A DNA stretch of 64,000 bases from Botryllus schlosseri. Lineage: Eukaryota. The translations under genes and the position numbers were made by a program. Position 1 is the stretch's first letter; every line of letters starts with the position of its first letter. Shown here piece by piece: positions 1 to 12,400 of the stretch. Under the pieces are notes generated by a model, which was not told the origin of the DNA, did no database searches, and saw only the letters and a list, made by a program, of their open reading frames with translations. The stretch spans positions 25,794,001-25,858,000 of the forward strand of contig CM119371.1 of the NCBI GenBank assembly GCA_051294905.1. Direction: 5' to 3'.

Positions 1-9
1 TTCACCTTG

Positions 10-470
10 TCTTGGGACCACTTGTGCTATATTTGCATTCCTCCTAAAGAAGAATTAGACCCCCAGCAGCAATACTTTTTCATCGTGAATCATGAATGAA
101 TATACAGTTGTCCCAATGTCGTTTTTAGAGCGTGAAGAAACTTTTGCGGTATTTTGGCATCGCGTTGCTTTGGGATAGGTATGGATGTACGTTAATTTAG
201 ATTATTTTAGAAGCTGGCATGTAATCTGATTTACAAAGGACAGCAAGTAGGGTTGTAGGTACTAGGTAGCCCGTAAAATCACAGTCTCGCTCGTAAATGT
301 ACAGGAGAGAATGTAGATTGAATGTACCAGAGGTGACTGTAACATTACAGTCTGGCGTGTAAAGCTAGATGACCGGACGGGTGTAAGATGAGTCACATTG
401 AGTGACGGTAATGTTATATTACTGCCAAGTGGCTGGCCACCCTGCTTCCAGACATTTCGCGGTAAATTTG
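10..470 (-). repeat. Interspersed repeat, inverted relative of ~49850-50320
   Basis: Shared blocks such as CTCCTAAAGAAGAATTAGAC and CATCGTGAATCATGAATGAATATACAG in opposite orientation. The 49851 copy begins CACTGTAAAAAAT, a CACTA/CMC-like end. Confidence 0.7.
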
Positions 471-479
471 TTTTGTGTG

Positions 480-660
480 TATATGCGCAGCAGCTATGAA
501 GGTTGCAAGCGTGTTTGGTTTAACTTATCGTTGTGAATTAGCATTTACGAACATGAACTTCATCATCAACAAGCACGGAACACGCCTCACTAATCTACAT
601 CTGGAACACTCACTCAGAGTTGCAGTGTCAAGTTACATACCAGAGTACAACGCACTAGTT
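480..660 (+). mobile_element. hAT (Charlie/Buster-like) transposase C-terminal dimerisation-domain remnant
   Basis: SVFGLTYRCELAFTNMNFIINKHGTRLTNLHLEHSLRVAVS matches the FGSTY.CE..FS.M......RSRL....L...LR pattern; it continues after 2519. Confidence 0.8.
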
Positions 661-904
661 CAGGGGCGGGCAACATTCGGCCCGCAAAGAGATTTTGACC
701 GGCCCGCAGAGAGTTTCTACCGTGAAAGTTAAATTCTTATCTGAAAGTACAATAGGATGTTATATTCATTTCGAAATGAACCCGAATATTTTCGGCTGAC
801 ACTCGTCAGGGGTAATCGTCAGCAGCCAGCAGGGAATTGGAAAGAACATTGTATATCATCATCATCAGTGTATATTGTATATATGTGTGTCCAATAAATC
901 AAAA

Positions 905-1481
905 AATTCGGTGTCCTGAACATAAAATATATACGGAACCTCCAAATTGCAAAGTTTATGTATTAGTTCCTCTGCGGCCACTGCCCCGAAAACTTCAATG
1001 ACTTCTTTACCTCGATCGTTATCAAAAGTGCATAAGTACAACACCCGCGCGTCCACGTTGTCCAACTATAATCTAGTCGACTAAAAATATCATCGCTTTA
1101 TCAAATATGCCGGACCTGAAGTGTGGAACAATATCTCGCCGACTATCCGACAGTCGTCAAGCATGTCCACATTCAAGTCGAAATAAAAGCAATTTCTGCT
1201 GAATGAATTCTAGTCAGTCCTCACCATTTACCGGACCACGACCTCACATATCGATTTCGCCTTCCGTCACTTGCCACCTGATTTTATCGCCTGCCACTTC
1301 ATATATCTTCTTAGTTTAATTCAGTGTGCATGCCTCCTATTTACATCACCTAGGCATTGCCCAGTGGGAGTCTGATCTTAAGACTACTCTTAGTCGTTTC
1401 AGCATCTTCCTATCATCCATTGTATTGCAGTCTTGTGATGTTTTGAAGTGATGAAATTTTATGAATAAATTTGAACTTGAA
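905..1481 (+). mobile_element. 3' fragment of an L2/CR1-group LINE
   Basis: Degenerate ORF2 C-terminus (LQIAKFMY, HKYNTR, IKYAGPEVWNNI..FKSK); ends AATAAATTTGAACTTGAA. Confidence 0.75.
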
Positions 1482-1809
1482 ATGTTCTTAAAATGGTACA
1501 TTGAACGCTCTCTTATTTGAGATTACATTCCAAGCAGGTGACATCATATTTTGTGATAAGATTGTTGATATACAATGTTCTTTCCAATTCTCTACTAGTT
1601 GCTGACGATTACCTCTGACGAGTGTCAACCGAAAACATCCGGGTACATTTCAATATGAATATACCATTCAATTGTTTATTGAAGTTCTGTACCTCCAAGA
1701 AGTTCTTTAATCTGAAAGTATTGACAAATTTTATGCGTCACAGAATGAATCCAAGTTTGCCAACCAGGGAAAGATGGACAATTGGACATGAAACTACTTG
1801 CTCTGTTCG

Positions 1810-2122
1810 CAGTTGGTTAAACACTGCAGTCACGACATCGATGGTTGATGGTTCGAGTCTCGGCTCTGCCATGTTTCTATGTGTCGGAGGTTTATCTGGG
1901 CTCCTCATCGCCGATCCCGCTGTAATACAGCGCATTGAAATGCCCAGACGAAGAGAGAGCCGAACTCATGAAAGGAGGCAGCAAATGAGCCGAAAAAAAG
2001 ACTCAACTTCAAGAAGACATGCCATTATGAAATGTATGAAATTTACTGTGTGGGCGCAAATAACCACGATGTTGCAAGCGCCAATTATATGCGTTAATAA
2101 AACAACAACAACAACAACAACA
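1810..2122 (+). mobile_element. tRNA-derived SINE with (AAC)n tail and 14-bp TSD
   Basis: A-box-like CAGTTGGTT, B box GGTTCGAGTC, AATAAA followed by (AAC)n; TSD ACTTGCTCTGTTCG at 1796-1809 and 2123-2136. Confidence 0.8.
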
Positions 2123-2619
2123 ACTTGCTCTGTTCGGGTCTCAAGTGTATATATATTTTCGACCGTGAACATTACCGAGACAAGGCCACGTTCCAATATA
2201 ACTGATGTTAACGTACAGTCTTTACTAAGGGTTTCTGCATACAACATGCCGCCAGCGTCCAAAGAACTTGTTGACAACTCTGACCGGGTTAAGATGTCCG
2301 ATTGACTTCAACAGCTACTGTTAATAAATTCAATAAATAAGCTACTGTTTTGGTGTCTATGCTTTAAACCTAATGTTCACATTAAATACGATTTATTCCT
2401 TATATATAGGTGGATAAATACGCGAATAATGTATATATTCTGTAATCCGGCATGCCAAGTGCTTCATTTTCCCATAGCCAGCCCGCCGACCGGAGAAGTT
2501 ACCCGCCCCTGCACTTGTTGATAATGTGTAATGCCAGGCTTTCCAGGGACTGATATAAAAACAGATAACGTAATGTCCGTTCTGAAGTGTGTCAGGATTT
2601 ATTTTCAAATTTGAGTTGA

Positions 2620-5215
2620 CTGAGAGAGAGAGAGAGTCTTTATTTTCATCGAACCAAAATACATAACAAACGGCAGTGATGGTGGTAGAGAAAATATGCG
2701 TGCACAGTATTCGGTATTAGATAGGAATGATCGATAAGACCGTGAAGGTCATCTAGTCTGATCACCCAGCATCAAACAGGTACACTTGACTCTGAACAGT
2801 CTGGCTGTAAAAAATGTTTAGTTAAGAAAGGAAAATAGAAAAAGAATTACACAATGGTAGCAAATGATCAATGAAGCAATGTCTGGACGAGGTAGGGCAA
2901 CAGTGTTAGTGTAACGACAAGAGGTGATCAATTAGGGTTTTTTGAATCTATTATAAGGCAATTCACGGATATGTGGTGGTAATGCATTCCAGATGATAGG
3001 TCCCGAGTAGTCGATAGATCTCTTAGTTAGGTTGCTATTGGGTGGGGGTAAGTAGATGTTTCCTTTAGACGAGGATCTCGTGTAATGGGAATGGACATGT
3101 TTAGCAGGTATGAAAAAGTCATCAAACACAGGAGGCAGACTATTGGAAAAATATTTGTGAACAACTTTTGATACTTCGAAGCGATATAGTTCATCAACTC
3201 GCAAAATTCGATGCTTACCGTAGTAAGGCGATAAATTGGTACGTAAAGGTACAGATGAGATCAGCCGTATCGCACGGTTTTGCAGGGTTCGAATTCTGCA
3301 CAAAAATGTTGTGCATGCATTTCCCCATACTACGATTCCATATTGCAGATGAGAGTGGAAAAGAGAGAAGTAGATGGTTCGTAGTACTGATCTGGAAACC
3401 AAAGATTGGAGACGGGTCATTATTCCCACACACCGAGCTCGTTTTGATATTGTGCATTCAATATGCTGCTTCCAAGACAATTTGGAATCAATGGTGACGC
3501 CGAGATATTTTGCTGAGTCACATATTGAGATTTGTTTATGATAGATGTACACAGTGAAATTATGACTGGCATTATTTAAAACGAGCATCTCGGTCTTATC
3601 TGCGTTCAAACTTAGTTTGTTTGTTTGGAGCCATCTCGACACTTTTGGGAGTTCCCTATTCACAGATACATGCAAACCATCGACAGTGTTGGAGGTTATG
3701 AAGAGGTGAGTAGCATCAGCAAATAGCGTTGTGCGGAAATAAGATGCATTAACAATGTCGTTAATATAAATGAGGAAAAAGTCTGTCCAAGGACTGAGCC
3801 TTGTGGCACTCCACAAGTTATATCTCTGGTAGTCGTTCTTAATGTCCCCAGTTTAACAAATTGTTTGCGGTTTGCCAGGTAGCTTTCAAGTAGAGTTGCT
3901 GCAATACCCCTGATTCCATAGTGTTCTAGCTTGTATCTTAAGATTCTGTGGTTAACTGAGTCGAAAGCTTCGCGGAGATCGATAAAAATGCTGCAGCCAC
4001 TTTCTTTTTGCTTGATGGTTTTGTAATAGTCCGTTACAATTGATAGTATTGCATGGTTGGTGTTGTGGTTGGATCTGAATCCATGCTGAGTCGGAGACAG
4101 TACTGCATTCAATTCAAAAAAGTTCTTGAGTCGGCAGTCAATCAGTTTCTCAAAAACCGTGGCAAGATTTGGCAAATCAGATATTGCTCGGTAGTTCGAA
4201 ATTAGCTTTTTACAGTCTTCCTTAAACACTGGCATTACTCTGGCAGTTTTCAGTGCATCTGGGAAAATGCCTAGACGTATCGACTCATTAAAGAAAATGC
4301 ATATAAAATCACCAATAATATTTAGGACTAGCTTCAGAAAGTGAGTTGGGATGAGATCGGGTCCTACTGCTTTGTTACTTTTCATTTCAGATAATACGAT
4401 CGCAACTTCTCCTTTACTTGTCGGCTCAAGAAAAATGGATTTCTGAGGGCCAGGACTCAAGTACGAGAGAAAGTCATCGGAGGAGTTTGGTATTGAAGCT
4501 GCAAGATCCGGACCAATGTTGCAAAAATACTGATTGAACTTTTCTGCTACTGCAAGCTGGTCTTCGATGATGCTGCCATTCTCGAGTAACTCGATGTCAT
4601 CAGCACTCTTGGGAGCATTACCTTTAGTTAGGTTGATAATTTCTCCAATGGTTTTTAATGTGTTCTTGGGATCTTTGGAGCACTCTTCAAATTTTTTTTG
4701 GAAGTATGCTTTTTTGGCATTTTCTTTCATATGCGTCACTTGGTTTGCATATTTTTTGTATGCTTTTTTGCCTTCGATGGTGCCTTGCAGATAGTAGTGC
4801 TTATGCATCCAATCCCTTGTTTTGATCGCAACTAGTATGTCATGACCAATCCAGGGTTTCGATTTCAAGCGCCTTGCATTGCGGTTGACTTTCCTATTTG
4901 GGAAAGATGTGTCGAGGGCTGCCCGCAGTTCCTCAATAAATTTTTCAAAATGGCGGTTGTAGTTGTCAATTGTGAGTGGAGGAATTTTTGTAGTTGTTGA
5001 AGGTATTGCTGACAATTTCAATATACTCCTCAATACCGCGAGGGTTTAAGGGCGTTCGAGATTCAAATTCTTTAGCACAATGTGGCAGGCCCAATTTCAT
5101 GTGGCAGATGACGGGATAGTGATCAGTCATACTGTGTTGGAGCACAAAAGGGGACAGGTGATATTGATGAGTGTTGCAGTAGAAGTGATCTAGTAGAGTT
5201 GTTGCATAATTCATA
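2620..5215 (-). mobile_element. 5'-truncated L2/CR1-group (Crack-like) LINE with frameshifted ORF2 (endonuclease end plus RT)
   Basis: ORFs 4966-5214 (LLDHFY..TDHYPV), 3696-5033 (QHGFR, IDLREAFDSV, GVPQGSVLG) and 2932-3816 (FADA in place of FADD, YLGVTID, GPIIWNALP). AATAAA and (TC)n tail at ~2620-2645. Confidence 0.93.
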
Positions 5216-6356
5216 CCAACATGGTGCGAAGTAATTCATGATTCTTTAAAAATGTTAATTGCTAGCTAGTTGAACTGATATGTTTTGATTTAAAAGACTT
5301 TCATCGAAGTCTACCACAACGTGATTCCTGCTCAGTGCTATAAATATCAAAGCGGAAATTCAGTCTGGTAGGGGTAAACGGCGGGAGTGAATGGTAGCCC
5401 GTCGCTTCAATCAGTACCCAAAAAGTAGCTATTGGATGCAAAAAGTTTGGTTACCCTTGTCTATAGATTTTCAACGAGTTTCATAGCGAGGAGTGGACGA
5501 GATTTCCTAATTATAAGTCTGTGCAAAGTGGCAAGGCTGTTATCCTGTGATAAGGGTAGTAATTTCGTTATCGAAGTCGAGTATGTACTATTTATGGGTG
5601 CACGCAACCTATTACCCATCCTAGCCTAGTCTAGCCTAGCCCAACCTAGAGCATAGCAGATTTTTCGCAAAAGCCGGTATCCGTCTATGTAGATTTCGAC
5701 GGTGCTGCTTTCCAATATGTGCAAGTAACTATCGAATTGTATATCTTGATGACGTCATCTAACGCTGTAGCAAGTTTCAAGATTACCACCAACTCATTAG
5801 TATTAACGTATATTAGTAATTAACTACTAGAATAGTAATAATTTCGTTATCACAGTCGGATATCGATAATTGTGATATGCCATCTAGTAAAAGGTAAACT
5901 GTTTTGATTGTTGCGTTGCAATTGACCGAAACGGCTAGAAGTAGTCAAGCGTGACGTGGTAATTGGAAAACGGGAGTTGCTGTTCCATAGTCAAATTGGA
6001 TAATGTCAATGACGATGTTACTGTAGCAAAATGATTTGTAAATATTTTATATTATCTTCGGTCATCTTAGAAGTTGGACGTATAGTTGACATCTTATATT
6101 GGTTTGGTATTCGTCAAATAACTGCCCTAAATTTTCATCTCGTATTATTGGGCTCCACAGACAACGTTTTGAGCCCGGGACCAATTTGTCACCACTGAGT
6201 CATAATATTATTTGCAGTTTTATATCGGAATGACTAACTCAGGAATCAATTCTGAGAGCCCGTTGTTAGACCAAGCATTTAGTGGTGACGTAAACGAGTC
6301 GTCAAAATATTCACCAGCTTGAAAAATGTCGATCGATAGAGCATGAGCATCAGTAC

Positions 6357-6447
6357 CTGCAGTCTTCTGATCCGTCACAATAATCTGAAGCATCAAGGCA
6401 ACCCGATCCATCGTGACATGTAAACTCTCCTTTGGAACATTTCAATC
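6357..6447 (-). CDS. Exon A7 LKCSKGEFTCHDGSGCLDASDYCDGSEDC
   Basis: TTCCATAG| acceptor, CAG|GTACTG donor, 91 nt, canonical LDLa N-part. Confidence 0.9.
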
Positions 6448-9400
6448 CTATGGAATTATTCAATTAGACGATTTTCGTAGCTAGGCAATTTTTGTCGAAA
6501 CAATTTATTTACAAATATTTGAGTTATTCGCTACAATTTGCTATTCCCGGAAACTATAATTTTTATACTAAGCTTGTACTAGAAGCGGTAGTAGTTGTAT
6601 GAATGATTTATTAAATTCCAAGTTCCTCTAACTTGTAAACTCTCATAACTTTGCTTCTATAAATTTCGTTTATCGTTTACCTCTAGCCAACGGATCGGAA
6701 TCAGTGGAATTATTGTGCTATTATATTATACCGTTTTCAATTCTTAGTGATGTTATACCCGATAGGTCCCAAATGGCCACTTTACATTTACTATAGCTGC
6801 TTTCAAAAAGAAGATATGTAACAGTTTCATATTTACCATCTCTGCACAATCTCTTCCGGTCGTGTTCTAGGTATTGCGGTAGAATGCAAACTTGTGAAAG
6901 GCCTGTGGCTTTCTTTCTGCACATCGTCGCATTGTCAAATGTCATATTGTGTGGTTCGTCTGATCCATCGCTGTCAAAAACATTGATACTATAATATAAT
7001 TCTTTAATTTAATTTTTTCATAAAATAATTTCGACAACGCTACCCTGGAAATATTAAACCATGGACCAAGCACCTCCCTACCCGTAACCTCGACTGAAAC
7101 TTTTTTGTCAATTGCACGAACAGACCTAGTAAATACGTGCTATTCATGAATATTGACTTCGACGGCAGGAAACAATCATCACGGAAAAATAAAGTCTACT
7201 GAAGAGGTACTCATCTATTTGTAGCAAAGGTGCGTTTGCAAAAGTTTAAAATTTGCTTTGGTTAGTTATACCTCTCATGATATAATTTGTAGTCATACAA
7301 GTGTATTATAATACCATATAACGATATACAAATTCCTGTAAAGCAGGGCCGGCCAACCCGTGGCCCGCGGGCCACATGTGGCCCGCGAGAAGGTTTTGAG
7401 TGGCCCGCGAGGTAATTTCCGAAATTTCTAATCTCATGAAAACTGGATTGCACATATTGTGAACTTGCAAGGACAACGAAAAATTTGATTGGTCTGGTCG
7501 CAACACGTGAGATGTGATGACTAAAATATCAGTTTCGACTCATTGACAAATCCATCAACCATTCACATATTGGTATATCTTCGTACACAACAATAAATCA
7601 GAATAATTTGCGATAGATTTATCAGAGGTAACAATTTTCTACAAGCTTAGCGCAATATATTGTCACTCGATTTCTTGTTTTAAATATTGTTGCCCTTTTG
7701 TGAAAATTGAAGAACGCGTAATGTATCAGATTGAGTCTAACTATATTCACGATTACGAAACAAAGTGTCGTTCAACATATGCGACCTTGCGTTTGCGCTC
7801 GCAGTAAGACCGTCGATTATGAAACCTAGGCACGAAATAATTGACGCATGTTGGTCGCAGCTTTCGATATCGATATGTCCATGCGCCGAATAGCCCAGTC
7901 CTCGCAAACTTAGCCCAGCGATATACAGCAGGCCCGCAATATAGTCAAGTGATAACATTATTGACCTATAAACTTCAAAAAATTTTCGCGCTTCGCGCGG
8001 AAAGTGGCCCGCGCAAACGTTCGCCGATCGAATGTGGCCCTTTGGCTGAAAAGGTTGGCCAGCCCTGCTGTAAAGCGATAGTAGTAGGTGGAATGAGCGA
8101 AATGTAGACATATCTATTGGTCTATTCGTCACAGCAATGGGAAATATGGCATTATTCATTCATTGCTATTTCTTTATATTTTGGTTTTGAAGTGATGAGT
8201 GCGCTACTTTGCATTTATTCATAGGTTAAATACCGTAATAAATGATCAAACTGAAATACAAAAGAACAGTTGTTTAGACTAGCCCAATCTCAATCACTCC
8301 AACAACTCTCAAGAAGTGGGCGCTAATACATACATACACGCACGTCGCACAATGACAACAACAAAAAGACGGGATCGCTCATGCGTTTAAGGAAACTATT
8401 ACAGAGAGAGAGGTAACAGTAAGAGACAACCACTTCTCCAACTCCCAACAAAATCAACGTCCATTGAGTTAGGAGGTCAAAATATCGCGTGTAGAGAACC
8501 TCCAATCAAATACTCCAATGGCGATCGAAGCGGGAATCACCATAACATTTGTGCCCTAATAACGTAGTCATTGTGTCATACTAGAGGGGTAATAGTTCTG
8601 CCTGAGCGCTGGGGTCTATCGTTAGACGATGTGGCAACAATACTGTCCTCGATCTGTACTTCAACTGGTTGATGATTTTCTGCACTCGATTCGGCGTATC
8701 TCAGCACGTCAGGGTCAACCTCATTTGACAGTCCACTTCTAGCGGGTGGCGAAACGACTTGAGGTGACGTAGCTGTGCCGGGAGACGAGACCATTGGCAG
8801 AAAAGATGGGTGCTTTTCGCTCGGGAAGTACGGCTCGATCTTGAACAGAAATTTCCTGTTACGCAGAGTCAATCTAACGGAACCGTCCACTTTCACGAGG
8901 TACTGGTCATGGCTCCAACGAAGGGGATACCGACCGTTCTGGTTTTGAATGTGACAGACATCACCTTCATGAAGGGGTGGTTGTGGTTTAGTGCTCAACG
9001 ACAGAGATTCCAGCTGATTCGCATATCTAGTACGCAACGTGTGCTCGCCACTTTTCCAAACGTTTCGCAATAATGGCCGGATATTGAGCTGGGTGAAAAC
9101 TGGGACCCATGCTTTGATCGGCAAACCTTCTTTCGAAGTCCTGCCAAATACTATTTCTGCAGGAGAGAGTTCGTTTGCAGGGTCGGGGCAGATCTGAAAC
9201 TGTAGCAATGCCCGAGTAATTGTATCGGTCCGAATGCTGCCATCCTGCGATTTCTACGCAGCCTCCGCGCGGTCATTTGACATAGAGCGGTAAGTCGACG
9301 ACAGCTTGTGGCGCATCCCCCCATTTCTGTGCTGTGCGCAGCAAAACTCAAGGCCTCCGTCGCTGCCAAGTTCCTCGGCCGCTCCAAGCATGCCGAAGTA

Positions 9401-12400
9401 ACTTCGAAATTCATCTTTGAGTCCGAGGACTCCAGATGTTTGCCCACCGTGCTTTTCATGGAATATCACTGACCAGTTGCTGAAGCGGTCAGCAACGACT
9501 GGATAGTAGGTGCCTGCGGTGGTGCGATAATCGGCAGCAACAGCATGGAAAGGGTCGATCTGTTTGAATGGCTCGGCCGGAGACATGTATTCTTGACTTG
9601 GTGCCATTTACCGCAATCGTCACAACGTGCTCGTGTACTTGCTATACACTCAGTCATTCCAGGCCAAAATACTGTGGCCTACGCCTTCTGTGACATGGCG
9701 GCAGGCCCTTGGTGTGTTTAATGTAAGGCTTCACAAATAACGCCTCGCAGCGGCGGGGGAATGACAATCCAGTCATTATACATGGCAATGTCGTCTACAA
9801 TCGAAAGGTTGTCGCGGTACCGCCAATATGATTGCAGTTGAAGAGGCAGTTTGTCCGATTTATCTTGGAATCCTGAGATGGTGTGATTTTTCATCTCACT
9901 GAGGACAGGGTCGTAGGTGGTATTTCGATTCACATCGTCCCAGGAGACAACTTCAATCGCATTCAATGATGCTCGGGAGGTGGCCACAATGCTGTTTTCA
10001 ATCATATTGGTGTCGTCATGGGCAGCTATTATACTATCGCAGTAATCCAATGGCATGTCATCCGCGGGCGTCGAGGGAGCAGGGTGCCTGGACTGTGTTG
10101 TGAATATATTTGTAATATCGGCCCAATATTCGGTATTGCCAGTGTGTTACTTTACTTTTAAAAAAAAACTAATGACAGATCACAATTCGTCAGAATAAAT
10201 GCTGAATTTCAACAAAAATGTGCGTATATATAGTTTTTTTGGCTATAACTCATTTTGTGTTCACAATAGAGAAAACTTTCTTCAGAAGACAGATAGAAAC
10301 ATGATGCTTCCGCAGATTTTGAGCTATATATCATGACTCTACGACCAGCGGTTGCCGAGATGGGCCATTTTACCCCCCCACGCGCAGAAATTGGGGGGTT
10401 GTCGGGTGGAAAATTGGGGCAACACCCTGAAGTCACTTTTAATTGAAGTTTTAGATCATTTGTCAGGATTGAGGAAGGCCTTTTTTGATTTAAAAAAAAA
10501 AGTCATTTTCACTCCACCCTAGTGTCCGTCTAACCTGTTTACGCACGGTCAAAGAGTGGTAACCATTCCAGGCATCTGCGACAGACCTGTAAGTGTTAGG
10601 AGGTATCGAGCGTGTTTGTTTGAAAGGAGGCACAACATGGTGTGTGTTTCTAGAGTAGACGTGGTTCAACGATTGGAAGGCAACAAATCTCCTCGGGCTG
10701 CCATCTGCCTTGCGTACCCACATGGTCCTATGACACTAGTTCGTTTGCGTGTACGACACTTTTTCACTCGCCCCTAATTTTACGTCCGCCTCCAACTGCT
10801 TCTCAATTACGTCTTTCCAGTGTAGTGGAATGGGAGCCGGTGTGCGGACTGCAGTCGGTGTTGCCGACGGATCGATATGAATGGAAATAGGCGGCCCAGT
10901 CATGGTTGGCAACGATCTGTGTTTGCACTTGTTGAATTTGGATGATACATACCTCTCAAGTAACCATTTCTTCATTTCATCAACATTATCCGCACAAGGC
11001 TTGAATGGTATACGCTGGGGGCGTGGAGGAGGGGTTGACCTCTGTGGGCAGCTACATAATTGATGCGAGTTACCCTCATGGGTTGACTCTCGTGACGCGT
11101 GGAGTGCGGCTTCGCCAATTTGAGGAAAATCAGACCCAATGAGGTTCAACTTATGCATGGAATCTCGACTAAGGTAGAAGAGTGTCGTAGAATCCGTAAT
11201 GATATCACCAGAACCTGCTCCACCCGGAAGTCTCAGAAACGAAGCGCCCAGGATGCACTCATTATTAGCAGCACTCATCATTTGCAGCAAACATGCGTTT
11301 CTTCACCGTGATGCTAGAAACAGTTTCAATCCTATCAAGGATTATTTTGTACCAGTGTCCGACACCGCTTTCACCATCTTGGGCGATATTATGGGACGCT
11401 GGATATTGAACTGGGCATAATCGGCTTGCCGGGTGGAGACCAGAGTTGGATCAATTACATTATTTCAGTTCAATTACAATTACAATTACAATTACTTTCA
11501 TGCATGTTTCAATTACATTACAATTACAATTATTCCATGCTAAAAATAACGAATTACAATTACAATTACAATTACTCCTTGCATGCTTCAATTACATTAC
11601 AATTACAATTACAATTACAATTGCTGCTGTTGAACATGTAATTGAAAAATCATAAATTCAACCGTGCTTCTTGACAACCGTAGCGTCGTATTTAACAACA
11701 ATTCAAGTCTAGTTCAGATTGTGTAGTAATAAATGCGTTTATGTGCGTACATAGTATGCTATGTAAGATGTCATTGTGACGTAATATAAGCGTGTTTTGT
11801 ATGCTCGGTAATTATGGCTCACGTAATTGGAAATGTAAAATGTTATTTACCTAATTTCCTATGGGTTAGGATTAAGGATAGGGTGCAGTATGTCTTTGAA
11901 AAAGTATTATAATATATGCACGTGTTGGATTTGCGTATATAGTATATAATTAAAGAAATAATATTATTTTTATCGAGGGACGTAGGAATTAGGATGAGGA
12001 GTAAAAACAAAACCGTGCTTTGTCAGATAAGACGTTATATAATATCCAGTGGTCTGGTTAGTTAGCCAGACGAAGTAACGATGCAGCATAGTGATCTGAA
12101 ATCGTATTGTAGATTGCCAACCCACGGATAGATGCGCAAGATGCGAGTCACGGATGAATGCACCGACAAACGTACTGCAGAGCCGGCTAAAAGCAGCAAA
12201 CTTTGTAGTCCTAGAGCTGGCGATCCATGCGTACAAATTTGATGAATCTGGTCTTTATCGTAAGCTATTGATGTACTATTTCCGAAAATACAAAATAAAA
12301 TCTCGTCAGGGCAATGTAGCTGCTCCAAAATAGCCGTTTAAGGCCGACTGTTCTGAAAAGTGAGAGCGCTGCAGCAGCATGACCACAACAATTACCAATT

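Larger units (their letters stand above)
661..2511 (+). mobile_element. hAT (Charlie-like) deletion derivative with nested insertions
   Basis: TIRs CAGGGGCGGGCAAC / GTTACCCGCCCCTG; 8-bp TSD CACTAGTT/CACTTGTT. Transposase C-terminal remnant MKLLALFGS..FSTVNITETRPRSNITDVNVQSLLRVS at ~1785-2305. A related fragment lies at ~57960-58480. Confidence 0.8.

Noticed and set aside
1622..2305. 227-aa ORF with poly-Thr, and antisense ORFs sharing 'RTEQV'
   Set aside because: Chance read-through of a hAT transposase remnant interrupted by a SINE. The shared peptide is the 14-bp TSD and the poly-Thr is the (AAC)n tail.
3696..5033. 445-aa RT ORF as an active or domesticated gene
   Set aside because: Part of a 5'-truncated LINE with two frameshifts and a FADA catalytic motif.
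11450..11625. (CAATTA)n array as telomeric or CRISPR-like repeat; QLQL/ITIT ORFs
   Set aside because: Subterminal repeats of a TIR element with an 8-bp TSD; there are no unique spacers.
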